Part shown: positions 35,505-37,030 of the stretch, in pieces
How the letters are laid out: every line of letters starts with the position of its first letter
Numbering within the stretch: the stretch's first letter is position 1
Assembly: GCA_036336835.1 (NCBI GenBank)
Contig: JAYZFK010000077.1
Span: 1 to 37,030, forward strand
Reading direction: 5' to 3'
DNA length: 37,030 nt
Source: Myxococcota bacterium
GTDB taxonomy: Bacteria; Myxococcota_A; UBA9160; UBA4427
Made by a program: the position numbers and the translations under genes
The notes under the pieces: generated by a model
What the model was told of the DNA's origin: nothing
Database searches by the model: none
What the model saw: only the letters and a program-made list of their open reading frames with translations

Positions 35505-37030
35505 TCAGGATCCGCCCGCCTCGCGTTCGACCACGAAGCGCCAGCTTCCGGACTCGAATGCGCCCGCCTCGCCGACCAGCACGGCACGCGAGTGCTCCTC
35601 ACCGAAACGCGGGTAGTACGGCCCGCGCTCGACGCGCCACGACAGCCCGGCCGGCAGCTCGACGCGCAGAGCTCCGCCACCAGCCAGCGCGACCCGCGCC
35701 ACCGAGCCGTCGAGCCGGGGCTCGAGCCCGGGCGCCAGGGGCAGGCTGGCGCGGAGCGATGCCGTGCGGCCCTCGAGCCGATCGCGCACCACTAGCGCAC
35801 GGCCGGCGATCTCGACCCGGCGGCGATGCGTCGTGCGCGGCGTCGCCCAACCGGTGCACGTGCCTTCGACGGCGCGCCCCGGCTCCCAGAGCTCGAGTGC
35901 CACGCGCGGACGCCCGCCCACGCGGTGTGCCGACCAGATCTCCGCCTGCTCGCGGCCGCCGACCTCGAGCGTCGCGTGCGAGCGCGTCGCTCGCGCGTGC
36001 TGGCGCCGCTCGCCGGCCACGTACTCGAAGACCCCGGTATCCGTGACGACTCTCTCGCCCTGCACGCTGAGCTCGAAGGCGAGTGCGTCGCAGTGTGCAT
36101 GGCCGGGCTGATGCGCGGGTGACGGCCCACCGAACGAGCCGATCCAGCACAGCTCGGCGGTCTCGAGCCGGGCGTGCCCGGTACTGCGCAACAGCCCCGG
36201 CTCGTGCGATGCGGCGGCCGCCACGCCCAGGGCCTCGGCATACCGAGCGAGCACCACCGGCCGCTGCGCGATGCCGAACACAGCGTCTCCGAGCAGGGCG
36301 ATCTCGCCGTCGGGATGTGTCCAGGTCTCGAGCGCAGTCAGCATTCGCCTGCAGGCATCGAGCAACAGGCCGACCAGCCCGGCGGGCGCTCGTGCGCCCG
36401 CCACTCGGGCGAGCGAGAGCAGATCGAGCAGGTGCTCGAGCAGGACCGCGTGATACATCGGGCTGCGCTCGCAGTGCGCGCCGTCGGCACCCAGCTGCTC
36501 GTGCAGCTGGCTGCCGAGCGGCTCGACGGCCGCGAGCCAGCGCTCGGAGCCAGCCGTCTCGAGCGCGAGTCCTCCGGCGAGCACCGCAATCCAGTTGTCG
36601 AGCAGGTGATTGGCCTGCAGCCGCGTCTCGGGGTTGCGCGACAGCCAGTCGAGCTGGCTCGCGAGAGAGGCCCGCAGCCGTGCATCGGCCGGCGAGCCCG
36701 GGAAATCCGCCGGCAGCTCGCCCGAGAGCCGAAGCTTGAGCCACGACAACACGCGCAACGAGATCGGGTGCGGATCCCAGCCGGTCGCCGCACGCTGCGA
36801 CCGCAGCCACGCTTCGACGGCCTGCGCCCGCGCCTCGGGCGCGGCCGCCGGCGATCGTGCCCACTCGAAGAAATGGAGCTGATAGCCCCAGAGCGGCCCC
36901 TCCGCGGCGTGGCCGAAGTCGATCGCGTCACAGGAGCCGAAGTCGACCGCGCGGCCCACCAGTTCGATCCGCCCCGCCCCGTCCCAGCGCGCGTGGTCCG
37001 GCGGCGGGGGCGCCGCCGCAGCGAGCCGGT
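35505..37030 (-). CDS. Heparinase II/III-family protein (5' end beyond the window)
   Basis: 'LWGYQLHFF', 'WDPHPISLR', 'ANHLLDN', 'DGAHCERSPMYH', 'GHAHCDALAFEL', 'DTGVFEY' and 'RATRSHAT'. The frame stays open to the window edge. Confidence 0.85.
   Translation of the reverse strand, partial: RLAAAAPPPPDHARWDGAGRIELVGRAVDFGSCDAIDFGHAAEGPLWGYQLHFFEWARSPAAAPEARAQAVEAWLRSQRAATGWDPHPISLRVLSWLKLRLSGELPADFPGSPADARLRASLASQLDWLSRNPETRLQANHLLDNWIAVLAGGLALETAGSERWLAAVEPLGSQLHEQLGADGAHCERSPMYHAVLLEHLLDLLSLARVAGARAPAGLVGLLLDACRRMLTALETWTHPDGEIALLGDAVFGIAQRPVVLARYAEALGVAAAASHEPGLLRSTGHARLETAELCWIGSFGGPSPAHQPGHAHCDALAFELSVQGERVVTDTGVFEYVAGERRQHARATRSHATLEVGGREQAEIWSAHRVGGRPRVALELWEPGRAVEGTCTGWATPRTTHRRRVEIAGRALVVRDRLEGRTASLRASLPLAPGLEPRLDGSVARVALAGGGALRVELPAGLSWRVERGPYYPRFGEEHSRAVLVGEAGAFESGSWRFVVEREAGGS

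Overview
High-GC bacterial DNA (about 70% by eye; the gene complement suggests a Gram-negative, possibly Myxococcota-like organism, which is inference only) with about 25 genes. Bases 1-15189 are a cell-surface glycan biosynthesis and modification region. It contains an SGNH fragment, a GT4, a GT-C-type membrane glycosyltransferase, a DegT aminotransferase, a GNAT, an FAD/Fe-S GMC oxidoreductase, a membrane-anchored GT2, a bi-domain oxidoreductase, an AsnB amidotransferase, DUF362 and a CapK/PaaK-like ligase. Next comes a divergent DUF4956 + VTC-domain pair (15430-16804). An RND efflux operon follows (16982-23691), whose TolC is fused to an N-terminal ABC-type substrate-binding domain and is preceded by TATAAT and a 12-bp palindrome. 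A tightly linked cNMP-binding patatin and 6-TM adenylate cyclase occupy 23983-27085. The rest holds a SnoaL-like protein, a low-complexity hypothetical protein, a second SGNH-like protein, a histidine kinase + sigma-54 response regulator, NAD-dependent DNA ligase with a Lys-rich tail, and a heparinase II/III-family gene cut by the window edge. I saw no rRNA, tRNA, CRISPR array or transposase. The best candidates for an undescribed system are: (1) the cAMP cyclase/CNBD-phospholipase two-gene module, (2) the SBP-TolC RND pump, (3) an Arn-like lipid-linked amino-sugar transfer pathway, and (4) the bacterial VTC/DUF4956 pair beside the glycan cluster. All family assignments come from recognising motifs by eye; no database search was run.
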